A DNA stretch of 64,000 nt from Candidatus Eremiobacteria bacterium. GTDB lineage: Bacteria; Vulcanimicrobiota; Vulcanimicrobiia; Vulcanimicrobiales; Vulcanimicrobiaceae. Both the position numbers and the translations under genes were made by a program. How positions within the stretch are numbered: the stretch's first letter is position 1; every line of letters starts with the position of its first letter. Shown here one piece after another: positions 33,915 through 43,338 of the stretch. The stretch covers positions 397-64,396 of the forward strand of contig JAMXLK010000075.1 of assembly GCA_024281075.1 (NCBI GenBank), given 5' to 3'. The notes under the pieces were generated by a model. It did no database searches. It had not been told where the DNA came from and saw nothing but the letters and a program-made list of their open reading frames with translations.

Positions 33915-36220
33915 TCGGGCTGCACTGTAGAAATCGCTTCGCGGTGGCCGTCCGAAACGACGGTCACCGCACCGTTTTTATCCGTTCGATAAATCTGCGC
34001 GCCGAATCGCCGTAACGTCTCGAGCGTTGACGGCGCGGGGTGACCGAACAAATTGTGCCGCCCAACCGAGATAATCGCGTAACGCGGATGCACGCGCTCG
34101 ATAAACGCCGCAGTCGACGAATACGCGCTGCCGTGGTGACCGACTTTCAGCACGTCGCATCGCAGATCGGCGCCCTCGGCTAAAAAGCGCTCCTCCGCCG
34201 CCGCACCGGCGTCGCCCGTAAAGAGCATGCAGAACGAGCCGTACCGCAGCCTAAAGGCGACGGAATTTTCGTTGATGTCGTTGCGCGAGTTCGCTATGAA
34301 GGGCAGCGACGGTCCGAGGAAATGCAGCGAGACGCCGTCTTCGGTTCGCCACTCCATACCGGCGCGCGGGTAGACGAGCGGAACCTGCGCGGCACGTGCG
34401 GTGGCAAGCGCGTCCTGGTAGGCGTGCCCGCTATACCGCTGTCCGCCGTCGGCAAACCGGTCGACGCGTAGACGCCGCAGCGCTGGAGCGACGCCGCCGG
34501 CATGATCGCCGTGCGGATGCGAGAGGACGATCGCATCGAGCGCGTGGATGCTGTGGCGCAGCAAAAACGGCACGACGATCCGCTCGCCGACCGCTTCAGC
34601 GACGGATTCGCTGCTCTGCGAGCCGCGCTCGAGGCGGCCGCCCGCATCGACGAGGAGAACGTGTCCGCGCGGCGTCTGAACGACGATCGCGTCGGCTTGT
34701 CCGACGTCGAGGACGGTTATCCGCAGTCTCGTATCGACCGCCCGCGGCGGCCAAAGAACGTACGAAGCTGCCAGCACGATCGTGGCCGCCGCAAGTGTTT
34801 GCGCGCCGCGGCGCCACAGCCACGGTGCTGCCAGGATCGCTGCATCGTACGCTGCGATGCACCATGCCGGCGCCGGCGTCATCGGAATCGCCGCGCCTGG
34901 CAGCGCTCCGATCGTCCCGACGGCGGCCAGCATCCATGCCAATAACCACGAGTTGCAATTGGCGATTGCTTGCGCGAGCGGAGCGCACCACGCCAGTGCA
35001 AGTTGCGCACCGCCGAGCGCCATCGTGGCGGCGACGCACGGCACGACCGCGAGATTCGCGGCGACGGCGTACGGCGTAAACTGCAAGAACGTCGACGCGC
35101 CCAGCGGCCAAACGCCGAGCTGCGTCGCCAGCGAAAGCACGAGCGCTTCGCGCACGCGGTCGGGGAGCGCGACGCGGGCTTCCAGCCATCGCTCGATCGG
35201 ACCGGCGCATGCAAAAATCGCGCCCACGCACGAAAACGAGAGTGCGAACGACGTCGTCGGAACGCTCTGGGGTCGCGCGAATGCCAGAACGAGTGCCGCG
35301 ATGCCCAGGGCGTTCCAAGAAAACGTTGCGCGTCCGCACGCGCGCGCCGTAAGTGCCGCCGTTACCATCGTTGCCGCGCGTACGGCCGGCAGCTGCGCGC
35401 CGCTCCACCAAACGAAGGTCCAGACTAACGCGATCGCAACCGCGCATGCCGCCCACCGCGGCAATGCAAACGCCGTGAGCGCCACCGTACAGAGTGCGGC
35501 GACCGCGCCCAAATGCAGCCCTGCCGTCACCAAAACGTGCACCGTTCCGGTCTCTTGAAATTCCTTGCGCAATTCGGGCGGAAGCGCGGATCGTTCGCCC
35601 CAAAGCTCGCCGGCAAGCACCGATGCCGCCGGTTCCCCGAGCCGGTCACGCAACTGCGCGTGCGCCCACGCATGTGCACGTGCGAGCAGGACGCGCGGGT
35701 CGATCGAACCGTCCTGTCTCGAGGAAAGAACTCGCGCGCCGTCGAGACGTGCGTCGAAACCGCGCTCCCGCTCGATCGCGCGCTCGCTGGGCTCATCGGG
35801 ATTACGCGGCTCGTCAAACGGTTCGAGGCGGCCTCGAACGACGAGGCGCGAGCCCGGCGCCGGCGGCGAATCGTTGACTCGCGCGAGTACGCGCAGCCCG
35901 TCGTCGAGCGTAAGAACGAGCGCCGTCGAGCCGTCGGCGGTGCTCGACGATTCCAGCAGCGTCGCGCCGTAACGCGCGGTCCGGTGCTCGGTGATGACGG
36001 GCTGCGCGTGCTCGCGTAGCGACGCGTTGATCGCAGCGAGGGTGAAGAGCGCGAATAGAAACGCGATCAGACGCGGTGGCCATTCGGCGAACACGGTGCC
36101 GGCCGTCAACGCGACGGCCGCACAACCCGTGACGAGCCGCAGGTCGAAGCCGAGCGGGGCGGCGGCGAGCGTCCCGAGTACTGCTGCCGTCGAACAGAGA
36201 AGAAGCGCGAACGCGGGCAT
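33911..36220 (-). CDS. comEC: DNA internalization-related competence protein ComEC/Rec2
   Basis: Multi-TM competence domain plus a C-terminal metallo-beta-lactamase domain (VLDVGQADA, LSHPHGDHAGG, VGHHGS). Confidence 0.9.
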   Translation of the reverse strand: MPAFALLLCSTAAVLGTLAAAPLGFDLRLVTGCAAVALTAGTVFAEWPPRLIAFLFALFTLAAINASLREHAQPVITEHRTARYGATLLESSSTADGSTALVLTLDDGLRVLARVNDSPPAPGSRLVVRGRLEPFDEPRNPDEPSERAIERERGFDARLDGARVLSSRQDGSIDPRVLLARAHAWAHAQLRDRLGEPAASVLAGELWGERSALPPELRKEFQETGTVHVLVTAGLHLGAVAALCTVALTAFALPRWAACAVAIALVWTFVWWSGAQLPAVRAATMVTAALTARACGRATFSWNALGIAALVLAFARPQSVPTTSFALSFSCVGAIFACAGPIERWLEARVALPDRVREALVLSLATQLGVWPLGASTFLQFTPYAVAANLAVVPCVAATMALGGAQLALAWCAPLAQAIANCNSWLLAWMLAAVGTIGALPGAAIPMTPAPAWCIAAYDAAILAAPWLWRRGAQTLAAATIVLAASYVLWPPRAVDTRLRITVLDVGQADAIVVQTPRGHVLLVDAGGRLERGSQSSESVAEAVGERIVVPFLLRHSIHALDAIVLSHPHGDHAGGVAPALRRLRVDRFADGGQRYSGHAYQDALATARAAQVPLVYPRAGMEWRTEDGVSLHFLGPSLPFIANSRNDINENSVAFRLRYGSFCMLFTGDAGAAAEERFLAEGADLRCDVLKVGHHGSAYSSTAAFIERVHPRYAIISVGRHNLFGHPAPSTLETLRRFGAQIYRTDKNGAVTVVSDGHREAISTVQPD

Positions 36221-36243
36221 TGCGCTTCCCCTGCGACGAGCCG

Positions 36244-37209
36244 GTGCGGCGTCTACTACGGAAAGGCATCATTCTGCGGATTATCGTCACCGGCGGAGCC
36301 GGTTTCATCGGGTCGCATGTCGTGGATGCGTATGCGGCGGCGGGGCACGACGTGCTGGTGATCGACTCGCTCTGGGAACGCGGCGGCGGCCGCCGCGCAA
36401 ACGTGCGCAACGGAATCTCGCTCGTCCATATGGACGTTCGTGACGACGCGATCGGCCGCGTTTTTTCCGATTTCAAGCCCGAGATTGTCAATCATCACGC
36501 CGCGCAACACTCGGTGACGATCTCCGCACGGGATGCAATTTACGACGCGCAAGTGAACGTCGTCGGCTTGCTCAACGTCCTCGACCATGCCGTCCGAGCC
36601 GGCGCGCGAAAACTTATCTTCGCTTCGAGCGGAGCGATTTACGGTACGCCGCAGCACCTTCCGATCGTGGAAGCGACGCCTCAGCATCCCGCCTCTCCAT
36701 ACGGCATTACCAAAATGGCGGGCGAGCATTATCTCCGCTTTTACCGCGACGCCAAAGACCTCGACTTCACGGCACTGCGCTATGGCAACGTCTACGGGCC
36801 GCGGCAAGATCCCAACGGCGAAGCCGGCGTCATCGCAATTTTCATCGGAAAATTTCTCGCACGTATGCCGGTGCGCATCGATTGGGACGGCGAGCAGACG
36901 CGCGACTACGTCTTCGTCAAAGACGTCGCTTCGGTAAACCTCGGCGTGCTGGAAGCGGGGTCGGGTGAAGCGTATGTGATTGGGACGGGTAAAAGGAGCA
37001 GTGTTAACGACGTTTACCGCGCGCTCGTGGAGCTGACCGGTTTCGCGGCGCCGGTCGAACGGGCGCTGCAACGTCCCGGCGACGCTCGCGACGCACAGTT
37101 CGATTCCGCCAAGGCGCGTTCGCAGCTCGGATGGGCTTCGCAAACGGAGTTACGCGACGGAATTCGAGCGACGTACGAATACTTCGAGCGATTGCCGCCG
37201 GGGTACTAG
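36244..37209 (+). CDS. NAD-dependent epimerase/dehydratase (UDP-glucose 4-epimerase-like)
   Basis: VTGGAGFIGSH Rossmann motif and YGITK (YxxxK) catalytic motif. The start is ambiguous (GTG 36244 or TTG 36220). Confidence 0.85.
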   Translation: MRRLLRKGIILRIIVTGGAGFIGSHVVDAYAAAGHDVLVIDSLWERGGGRRANVRNGISLVHMDVRDDAIGRVFSDFKPEIVNHHAAQHSVTISARDAIYDAQVNVVGLLNVLDHAVRAGARKLIFASSGAIYGTPQHLPIVEATPQHPASPYGITKMAGEHYLRFYRDAKDLDFTALRYGNVYGPRQDPNGEAGVIAIFIGKFLARMPVRIDWDGEQTRDYVFVKDVASVNLGVLEAGSGEAYVIGTGKRSSVNDVYRALVELTGFAAPVERALQRPGDARDAQFDSAKARSQLGWASQTELRDGIRATYEYFERLPPGY

Positions 37210-37227
37210 AGGAGCGAAGTCCGAGCG

Positions 37228-38907
37228 ATGCAACGATTCGCCGCCACCGCCGAAGCGATCGCGGCTCGTCCCGCGAAGCTCGAAAAAATCGCGCTGCTTG
37301 CAGAATATCTCCGCACCCTCGACGACGCGGATCTGGTCGCCGCGACGCGCTTTTTCAGCGGAACGCCGTTTGCCGCGCGCGATCATCGGACTCTATCGAT
37401 AGGCGGCCGTACCATCGTTGAAGTCGCGCGCCGGATTTGGCGCTTTGACGATGCCGGACTCGGGCGCCGCTATCGCGACACCGGCGACCTCGGTGCGGCA
37501 CTCGGCGCACTCCGTGCCCCGCCGCGCGACGCGATGCTCTTCGGCGACCGCCTCACGCCGGCTCGGCTCGACGCACTCTTTGGCGACATTGCGGCAGCGT
37601 CGGGCAAACGTTCGGGTCGACGCCGTGAGGCCGTGCTCGAGCAGATTCTGCGCGCCTGCGACGACCCGCTTTGCGCAACGTACGTCGTCAAAATCATTAC
37701 CGGCGATCTGCGCGTCGGTCTACGTGAAGGTCTCGTGCTCGATGCGATAGCGCGCGCTTTCGACGCGGATCCTGCGGCGGTCAGGCGCGGCGCAATGACC
37801 TCCGGCGATGTGGGAGCCGCGGCACTGGCCGCCAAAAACGGTACGCTCTCAGCGTTACGGGTCGACTATGGCACGCCGATCGGCTTCATGCTTGCGACGC
37901 CGGTGCCGTACGGTGACGTCTATAAGGATCTCGGCGCCGCAGCGTGGCACGTCGAGGACAAGTATGACGGGATCCGTGCGCAGGCCCACATTCGTAGCGG
38001 CAGCGTCAAGATTTTCTCGCGCCGCCTCAACGACGTTACGGCATCGTATCCCGAAGTAGCGGGCGCGCTCGGCTCTATCTCGACCGATGCGATCCTCGAC
38101 GGCGAAATCGTCGCGATGCGGGAGGGTCGGGTGCTGCCGTTCCGTTTGCTGCAAGCGCGGCTGCAGCGCAGGAACGTGGAGGAACAGCTCTTGCGGGACA
38201 TTCCGATCGCTTACGTCGTATTCGACGTTCTCGCGCTGGGCGACGAGCTGCTGCTCGACGCGCCGTTGGCGATGCGGCGGGAGCGCCTCGCCGATCTTTT
38301 CCAATCCGATACGTACGTAAAGCATGCGCCCTTTGACACGGCAGTCGAAGTCGCCGCAGCGGAGGTGAACGCGCGCTTCGACGCGGCGCGCGCTCGCGGC
38401 AACGAGGGTCTCATGCTCAAACGCGCCGACTCACCGTATGCGCCGGGCCGGCGCGGAAAGTGGTGGCTCAAGCTCAAGCGCGAGCTGACGACTCTCGATG
38501 TGGCCGTCGTCGCGGTGGAGTGGGGCAACGGTAAACGGGCCAATGTGCTTTCCGACTATACGTTCGCGGTTCGCGGAGACGATGGAAAACTCTGCGCGAT
38601 CGGCAAAGCATATTCGGGCTTGACCGACGCCGAGATCGCCGAGTTAACGCAGTGGTTCTTGGAGCATCGCTTGCCGCAATCGCATCAACGCGAGAAGGCG
38701 CGAGCGCACGAGATTCCGGTCGAGCCGAAGCTCGTACTCGAAGTCGCGTTTGACGTGATACAAGAGAGCGACCTGCACGAGAGTGGATTCTCTTTGCGCT
38801 TTCCGCGCATCGTGCGTGTCCGCGACGACAAACCGCCCGACCAGATCGACACGCTGGAGCGCGTCAGAGAGATTTATGCGGCGATGCTCGCGCGCGAGGG
38901 CCTTTAG
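37228..38907 (+). CDS. ATP-dependent DNA ligase (three-domain Lig1/LigB type)
   Basis: Adenylation motif I (EDKYDGIRAQ), further motifs (LDGEIV, YVVFDVL, EGLMLK, WLKLK) and an N-terminal DNA-binding domain. Confidence 0.9.
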   Translation: MQRFAATAEAIAARPAKLEKIALLAEYLRTLDDADLVAATRFFSGTPFAARDHRTLSIGGRTIVEVARRIWRFDDAGLGRRYRDTGDLGAALGALRAPPRDAMLFGDRLTPARLDALFGDIAAASGKRSGRRREAVLEQILRACDDPLCATYVVKIITGDLRVGLREGLVLDAIARAFDADPAAVRRGAMTSGDVGAAALAAKNGTLSALRVDYGTPIGFMLATPVPYGDVYKDLGAAAWHVEDKYDGIRAQAHIRSGSVKIFSRRLNDVTASYPEVAGALGSISTDAILDGEIVAMREGRVLPFRLLQARLQRRNVEEQLLRDIPIAYVVFDVLALGDELLLDAPLAMRRERLADLFQSDTYVKHAPFDTAVEVAAAEVNARFDAARARGNEGLMLKRADSPYAPGRRGKWWLKLKRELTTLDVAVVAVEWGNGKRANVLSDYTFAVRGDDGKLCAIGKAYSGLTDAEIAELTQWFLEHRLPQSHQREKARAHEIPVEPKLVLEVAFDVIQESDLHESGFSLRFPRIVRVRDDKPPDQIDTLERVREIYAAMLAREGL

Positions 38908-40142
38908 GGAGCGTACGCATCCGGCGTACGTACGTGTTCGGGGCGCACTCCGATGCCGATTAGCCGGGCCGGAAGGCGGCGCAGGCGCGGGAATTCGTTG
39001 AGAAGCCGCATTGCGAGCGGCGCCCGCTGTATCTGCGCGCCGTGAAGCAACGGATCGATCGCGCGATTTTGGATGAAGAGCTGGAAATCTTGGGTTACTT
39101 TGGTCGGGAACATGCGCCGGTCTTGGATACGTTGAAGGTCGGCTTCGCTCGGCGTACGACCATTGCGAAGCGGAACCGCCAGAACGTTGGCGGCCGCGAC
39201 GGCGTCTTGAATCGCGAGATTGATCCCGATTCCTCCGATCGGCGACATCGCATGGGCGGAATCACCGATGCAGAGCACGCCCGGTAAGTGCCAGCGCGCG
39301 AGGCGATCGACGCAGACCTGCAGCATCGAAACCTTCGACCAATCGTTCAAAACCGTTATGCGATCGGCCAAGACCGGGACCATCTCGACGAGCGATCGCT
39401 GCAACGTTTCGATACCCTGCGCTTTGAGGTCGTCGAAACCGCCCTTGCGAATCAAATACGCGCACTGCCAATAATCGCCGCGGTCGAGCATCACGAGCAG
39501 GCGTCCGGGACGGATGATGCCGAGTTGCTGAACGGGATCGCTCGCATGTTTTGGAATGCGCATCCACAGCACGTCCATCGGTGCACCGAGGTCTTCGACC
39601 GCGAAGCCCGCCAGATCGCGGATCGTCGAGTGACGGCCATCGGCGCCGACCACGAGTTTCGCCGCGATTTGGAGCTCGCCGTTTGGCCCCGTTGCGCGCA
39701 CGCCGGTTACGCGATCCGCGTCGCGGATCAGCCCCACCCCGGCCGTTTGCATCATCAGATGGAACCCCGGGTACCGGCGCCCGCGCTCCGCCAGAAAATT
39801 TAAGAAATCCCATTGCGGCATGAGAACGACGAACTTGCAGCGCGTCGGCAGATGCGTGGTGTCGGCCACGTGTACCGTTTCTCCGCCGACGTCCGCACTG
39901 ACGTTTCGAATTTCATTGTGCGGCATCGCGAGGAACTCGTCGAGCCACCCGAGCTCGTAGAGCAGCTGCAGGGTCGACGGATGAACCGTATCTCCGCGAA
40001 AGTCGCGGAAGAAGTCGGGATATTTTTCGAGCACGATGACGTCGACACCGGCGCGCGCCAGCAAAACGCCCAAGAAGACGCCGCACGGACCGCCGCCGAC
40101 GATGCAAACGTCGCTGGAGAGGGTTTGCTCTTGATTCATCAC
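38904..40142 (-). CDS. FAD-dependent monooxygenase/oxidoreductase
   Basis: GxGxxG motif (IVGGGPCG), GADGRHS and GDSAHAMSPIGGIGINLAIQD motifs. The start overlaps the leuS stop (GTGATG). Confidence 0.85.
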   Translation of the reverse strand: MMNQEQTLSSDVCIVGGGPCGVFLGVLLARAGVDVIVLEKYPDFFRDFRGDTVHPSTLQLLYELGWLDEFLAMPHNEIRNVSADVGGETVHVADTTHLPTRCKFVVLMPQWDFLNFLAERGRRYPGFHLMMQTAGVGLIRDADRVTGVRATGPNGELQIAAKLVVGADGRHSTIRDLAGFAVEDLGAPMDVLWMRIPKHASDPVQQLGIIRPGRLLVMLDRGDYWQCAYLIRKGGFDDLKAQGIETLQRSLVEMVPVLADRITVLNDWSKVSMLQVCVDRLARWHLPGVLCIGDSAHAMSPIGGIGINLAIQDAVAAANVLAVPLRNGRTPSEADLQRIQDRRMFPTKVTQDFQLFIQNRAIDPLLHGAQIQRAPLAMRLLNEFPRLRRLPARLIGIGVRPEHVRTPDAYAP

Positions 40143-42604
40143 GCCACCAAGTTGAGCAGTTTGTCCGGCACGTAGATTCGCTTTCTAAGCTCTTTACCGT
40201 CGATATGCGCGCGCACGTTGGGGTCGGCAAGCGCAAGTGCGAGCGCTTCCTCTTCACCGACCCCGGCCGGCGCCGGAATGCGCGCGCGAACTTTACCGTT
40301 GACTTGCACGACGAGTGTAATTTCCTCGACCGTCAGCGCGCGCGCGTCGGGTTCGGGGTAGCGCTGCAGATGCACCGACGTTTCGTTGCCGAGCCGTTCC
40401 CAAAGCTCCTCGGCGATGTGGGGCGCGAATGGAGCGATAAGGATCGGCAGCATTTGCACCCCATACCGAAGTGCCGGCGACGCCGGTTGCGGCGCCGCTG
40501 CGGTCATAAGGTTGACCAGCTCGTCCAGTTTGGCGATGGTCGTGTTGTAATGAAATCGGGGCGTCATGGTTTCGTCGATTGCGGACTTCGCGACGACGTG
40601 TACCGCCCGCAAGAGCGCTTTCTCGGCGTCAGTTTCCGCGGCGGGCATGGGGCCGGCGGTGGGTTTTTCGTCAAAGTGACGTTCGCAGGCACGCCATATG
40701 CGGTTGAGCAGGCGCACGCGCCCGCTGATGCCGGCATCGGTCCAGTTGCTCGTCTCTTCCGGCGGCGTGACGTACATCAAGAAGAGCCGCATGGCGTCGA
40801 CGCCGTAACGCTCGGCCGTTTCGTCGATGCCGACGACGTTGCCGCGCGACTTCGACATCTTGTCGCCGTCGCGCAAAACGAGCCCTTGATGGAAGAGACG
40901 CTCGAACGGCTCGTCGCTTCCCGTGACCCAACCCTCGTCGTGAAAAAACTTGTAGAAGAAGCGCGAATAAAGCAGATGCAGCACCGCATGCTCGGCGCCG
41001 CCGATATATTGATCGACGGGCATCCACTGCGCCGCGCGCTGCGGATCCCACGGCTGCCGGTCGTTGTGCGGATCGAGATAGCGCAGAAAGTACCACGAGG
41101 ACTCGAAGAACGTATCCATTGTGTCCGTCTCCCGCCGCGCCGGGCCCCCGCACTTCGGGCACGTCGTGTTAACGAACGCGCAGATCGATCCCAGTGGGGA
41201 ACCTTCACCGGTCGCGCGCTCGCGCGGCGGCAGCAGAATCGGCAGCTCCTCATCGGGAACGGCGACTTCACCGCAGGCCTCGCAGTAAACAATCGGTATC
41301 GGCGTGCCCCAATACCGCTGGCGGGAGATCAGCCAATCACGCAGTTTGTAGGTCACGCGTGGTTCGCCGGCGCCCATTGCTGCAAGGCGCGCGGCGATCG
41401 CTTCGCGCGCGCGGACGCTCGACATCTCGCTGAACTCTGCGCTTGCGATCAATCGCCCGTCTTCGACGAAGGGCTTGTCAAACGGCGTCGCCGCCGCGGC
41501 GCTCTCCGGAAGGATGACTTGCACGATCGGGATTCCGTGTTTCGTCGCGAAATCGAAGTCGCGTTCGTCGTGCGCCGGCACGCCCATCAGCGCGCCGCCT
41601 CCATACTCCGCGAGGACGTAATTCCCAAGCCAGATCGGAACGCGCTCGCGCGAGAGCGGATGAATCGCGTACGCGCCGGTAAAGACGCCCTGTTTTTCCA
41701 TCAAGCTGGTCCGCTCGAGCTCCGACTTGGAGCTTAATTCCTTGACGAAACGGTCGATCGCGACGGCACGATCCGCCGAAACGATTGCGCGCAGCGACTG
41801 CACGATGCGATGCTCCGGCGCTACGGCAAGAAACGTGGCGCCGTAGATGGTGTCGGCGCGCGTCGTGAAGACCTCGATCGGCACGTCGAGTCCCTCGACG
41901 GCGAACGTGACCGCGACGCCTTCGCTGCGTCCGATCCAATTGCGCTGCATCGTGCGCGTCCGCTCCGGCCAGCCGCCGAGTCTGTCCAAATCCGCAACGA
42001 GCCGGTCGGCATAGGCCGTGATGCGCAAGAACCATTGCGAAAGGTTACGCCGCTCTACGAGGTGTTCGCAGCGCCAGCAGCGCCCGTCGATGACTTGCTC
42101 GTTGGCGAGCACCGTGCGATCGTGCGGACACCAGTTCACCGGCGCCTCTCGCTTATATGCAAGCCCGCGCTCGAAGAGCCGCAGAAAGAGCCATTGATTC
42201 CACCGGTAGAACTCCGGCTCGCAGGTCGCGATTTCGCGCGACCAATCGTAGCTGGTTCCCATCAGGCGGATCTGCCGGCGCATGTTCAGGATGTTTTCCG
42301 TCGTCCAGACCGCGGGATCGATTCCGCGGTCGATTGCCGCGTTCTCCGCAGGGAGACCGAACGCGTCCCAGCCCATCGGATGCAGCACGTTGTAGCCGAG
42401 CATGCGCATCATCCGTGCGACCGCATCGCCGAATGCATAATTCTTGGCATGCCCCACGTGCAAATCGCCCGACGGATACGGCAGCATCTCCATCGAGTAG
42501 TACTTACGTGTCTCCGGCGCATCGGCAGTGCGATAAAGGCGGTCGCGCTCCCAGCGCGACTGCCACTTGCGCTCGATTGCGGCGAAGTCGTACATCTTCA
42601 GCAT
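40139..42604 (-). CDS. leuS: Leucyl-tRNA synthetase
   Basis: HVGHAKNY (HIGH) and KMSKSRGN (KMSKS) motifs, a CP1 editing domain, 821 aa. Confidence 0.96.
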   Translation of the reverse strand: MLKMYDFAAIERKWQSRWERDRLYRTADAPETRKYYSMEMLPYPSGDLHVGHAKNYAFGDAVARMMRMLGYNVLHPMGWDAFGLPAENAAIDRGIDPAVWTTENILNMRRQIRLMGTSYDWSREIATCEPEFYRWNQWLFLRLFERGLAYKREAPVNWCPHDRTVLANEQVIDGRCWRCEHLVERRNLSQWFLRITAYADRLVADLDRLGGWPERTRTMQRNWIGRSEGVAVTFAVEGLDVPIEVFTTRADTIYGATFLAVAPEHRIVQSLRAIVSADRAVAIDRFVKELSSKSELERTSLMEKQGVFTGAYAIHPLSRERVPIWLGNYVLAEYGGGALMGVPAHDERDFDFATKHGIPIVQVILPESAAAATPFDKPFVEDGRLIASAEFSEMSSVRAREAIAARLAAMGAGEPRVTYKLRDWLISRQRYWGTPIPIVYCEACGEVAVPDEELPILLPPRERATGEGSPLGSICAFVNTTCPKCGGPARRETDTMDTFFESSWYFLRYLDPHNDRQPWDPQRAAQWMPVDQYIGGAEHAVLHLLYSRFFYKFFHDEGWVTGSDEPFERLFHQGLVLRDGDKMSKSRGNVVGIDETAERYGVDAMRLFLMYVTPPEETSNWTDAGISGRVRLLNRIWRACERHFDEKPTAGPMPAAETDAEKALLRAVHVVAKSAIDETMTPRFHYNTTIAKLDELVNLMTAAAPQPASPALRYGVQMLPILIAPFAPHIAEELWERLGNETSVHLQRYPEPDARALTVEEITLVVQVNGKVRARIPAPAGVGEEEALALALADPNVRAHIDGKELRKRIYVPDKLLNLVA

Positions 42605-42658
42605 CGTACACGGTGAGCGGCTGCGCCGCTACCCTTTTCGCCGCACCACCGCGCGTGA

Positions 42659-43288
42659 TTGAAGTACATGATACCGAGAATCGCTCTGGTTGCGGCCGTC
42701 GCGGCCGTCGCCATTTTCGCTCTGTACCGCCCCGCTCGCTCGCCGTTCGCGCAGCCCGTTACGGCCATCACCGCCCAACCGTCAGCACCCGCAGTGCGTT
42801 TTGAACGGTCGGGTCGCCATGGCGCCGATCGTGTCGCCGATGACGATGCCGTCGTTTACGTGGCAGGCGCGGTAGCCCGGCCCGGCCTCTATCACCTCCA
42901 CGCCGGCGCTCGGAACGCGCAGGCAGTCGCGCTGGCCGGCGGACTCATCCCAACCGCCGATGCCGCCGGCATCAATCTCGCGGCACACGCGCAAGACGGC
43001 GACGAAATCTACGTGCCGCGGGCGGGCGAGACGCGCCATACCAGCGCTGCGCCGCACGGAGCGCGCCGGCACGGCATTCGAACCCCGCCGGCCGGCAGCG
43101 TCGACGTCAATGCGGCGGCGGCAAGCGAGCTCGCGCGCGTCCCGGGGATCGGACGCGCCGTAGCCGCGCGCATCGTTGAGCTGAGGCAACTGCAAGGCCC
43201 GTACGCATCGCTCGATGAGTTGCTCGACGTGGCCGGGATGACGCAGTCGCGTCTGGAACGCGCTCGAGCCTACCTTCGCCAACCGTAA
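42659..43288 (+). CDS. comEA: Competence protein ComEA (TM, SLBB and helix-hairpin-helix DNA-binding domains)
   Basis: N-terminal TM, SLBB-like (VYVAGAVARPGLY), C-terminal HhH (VNAAAASELARVPGIGRAVAARIVE). The start may be ATG 42668. Confidence 0.85.
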   Translation: MKYMIPRIALVAAVAAVAIFALYRPARSPFAQPVTAITAQPSAPAVRFERSGRHGADRVADDDAVVYVAGAVARPGLYHLHAGARNAQAVALAGGLIPTADAAGINLAAHAQDGDEIYVPRAGETRHTSAAPHGARRHGIRTPPAGSVDVNAAAASELARVPGIGRAVAARIVELRQLQGPYASLDELLDVAGMTQSRLERARAYLRQP

Positions 43289-43338
43289 CGCGGTTCGACC
43301 AGGGTTCGTCAGCGCGTAACGCGCATTGAATTTGCGTT

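Noticed and set aside
43311-43338. GCGCG-TAA-CGCGC hairpin after comEA, considered as a terminator.
   Set aside because: The stem is only 5 bp and the T-rich tract is not adjacent to it. This is too weak to call.
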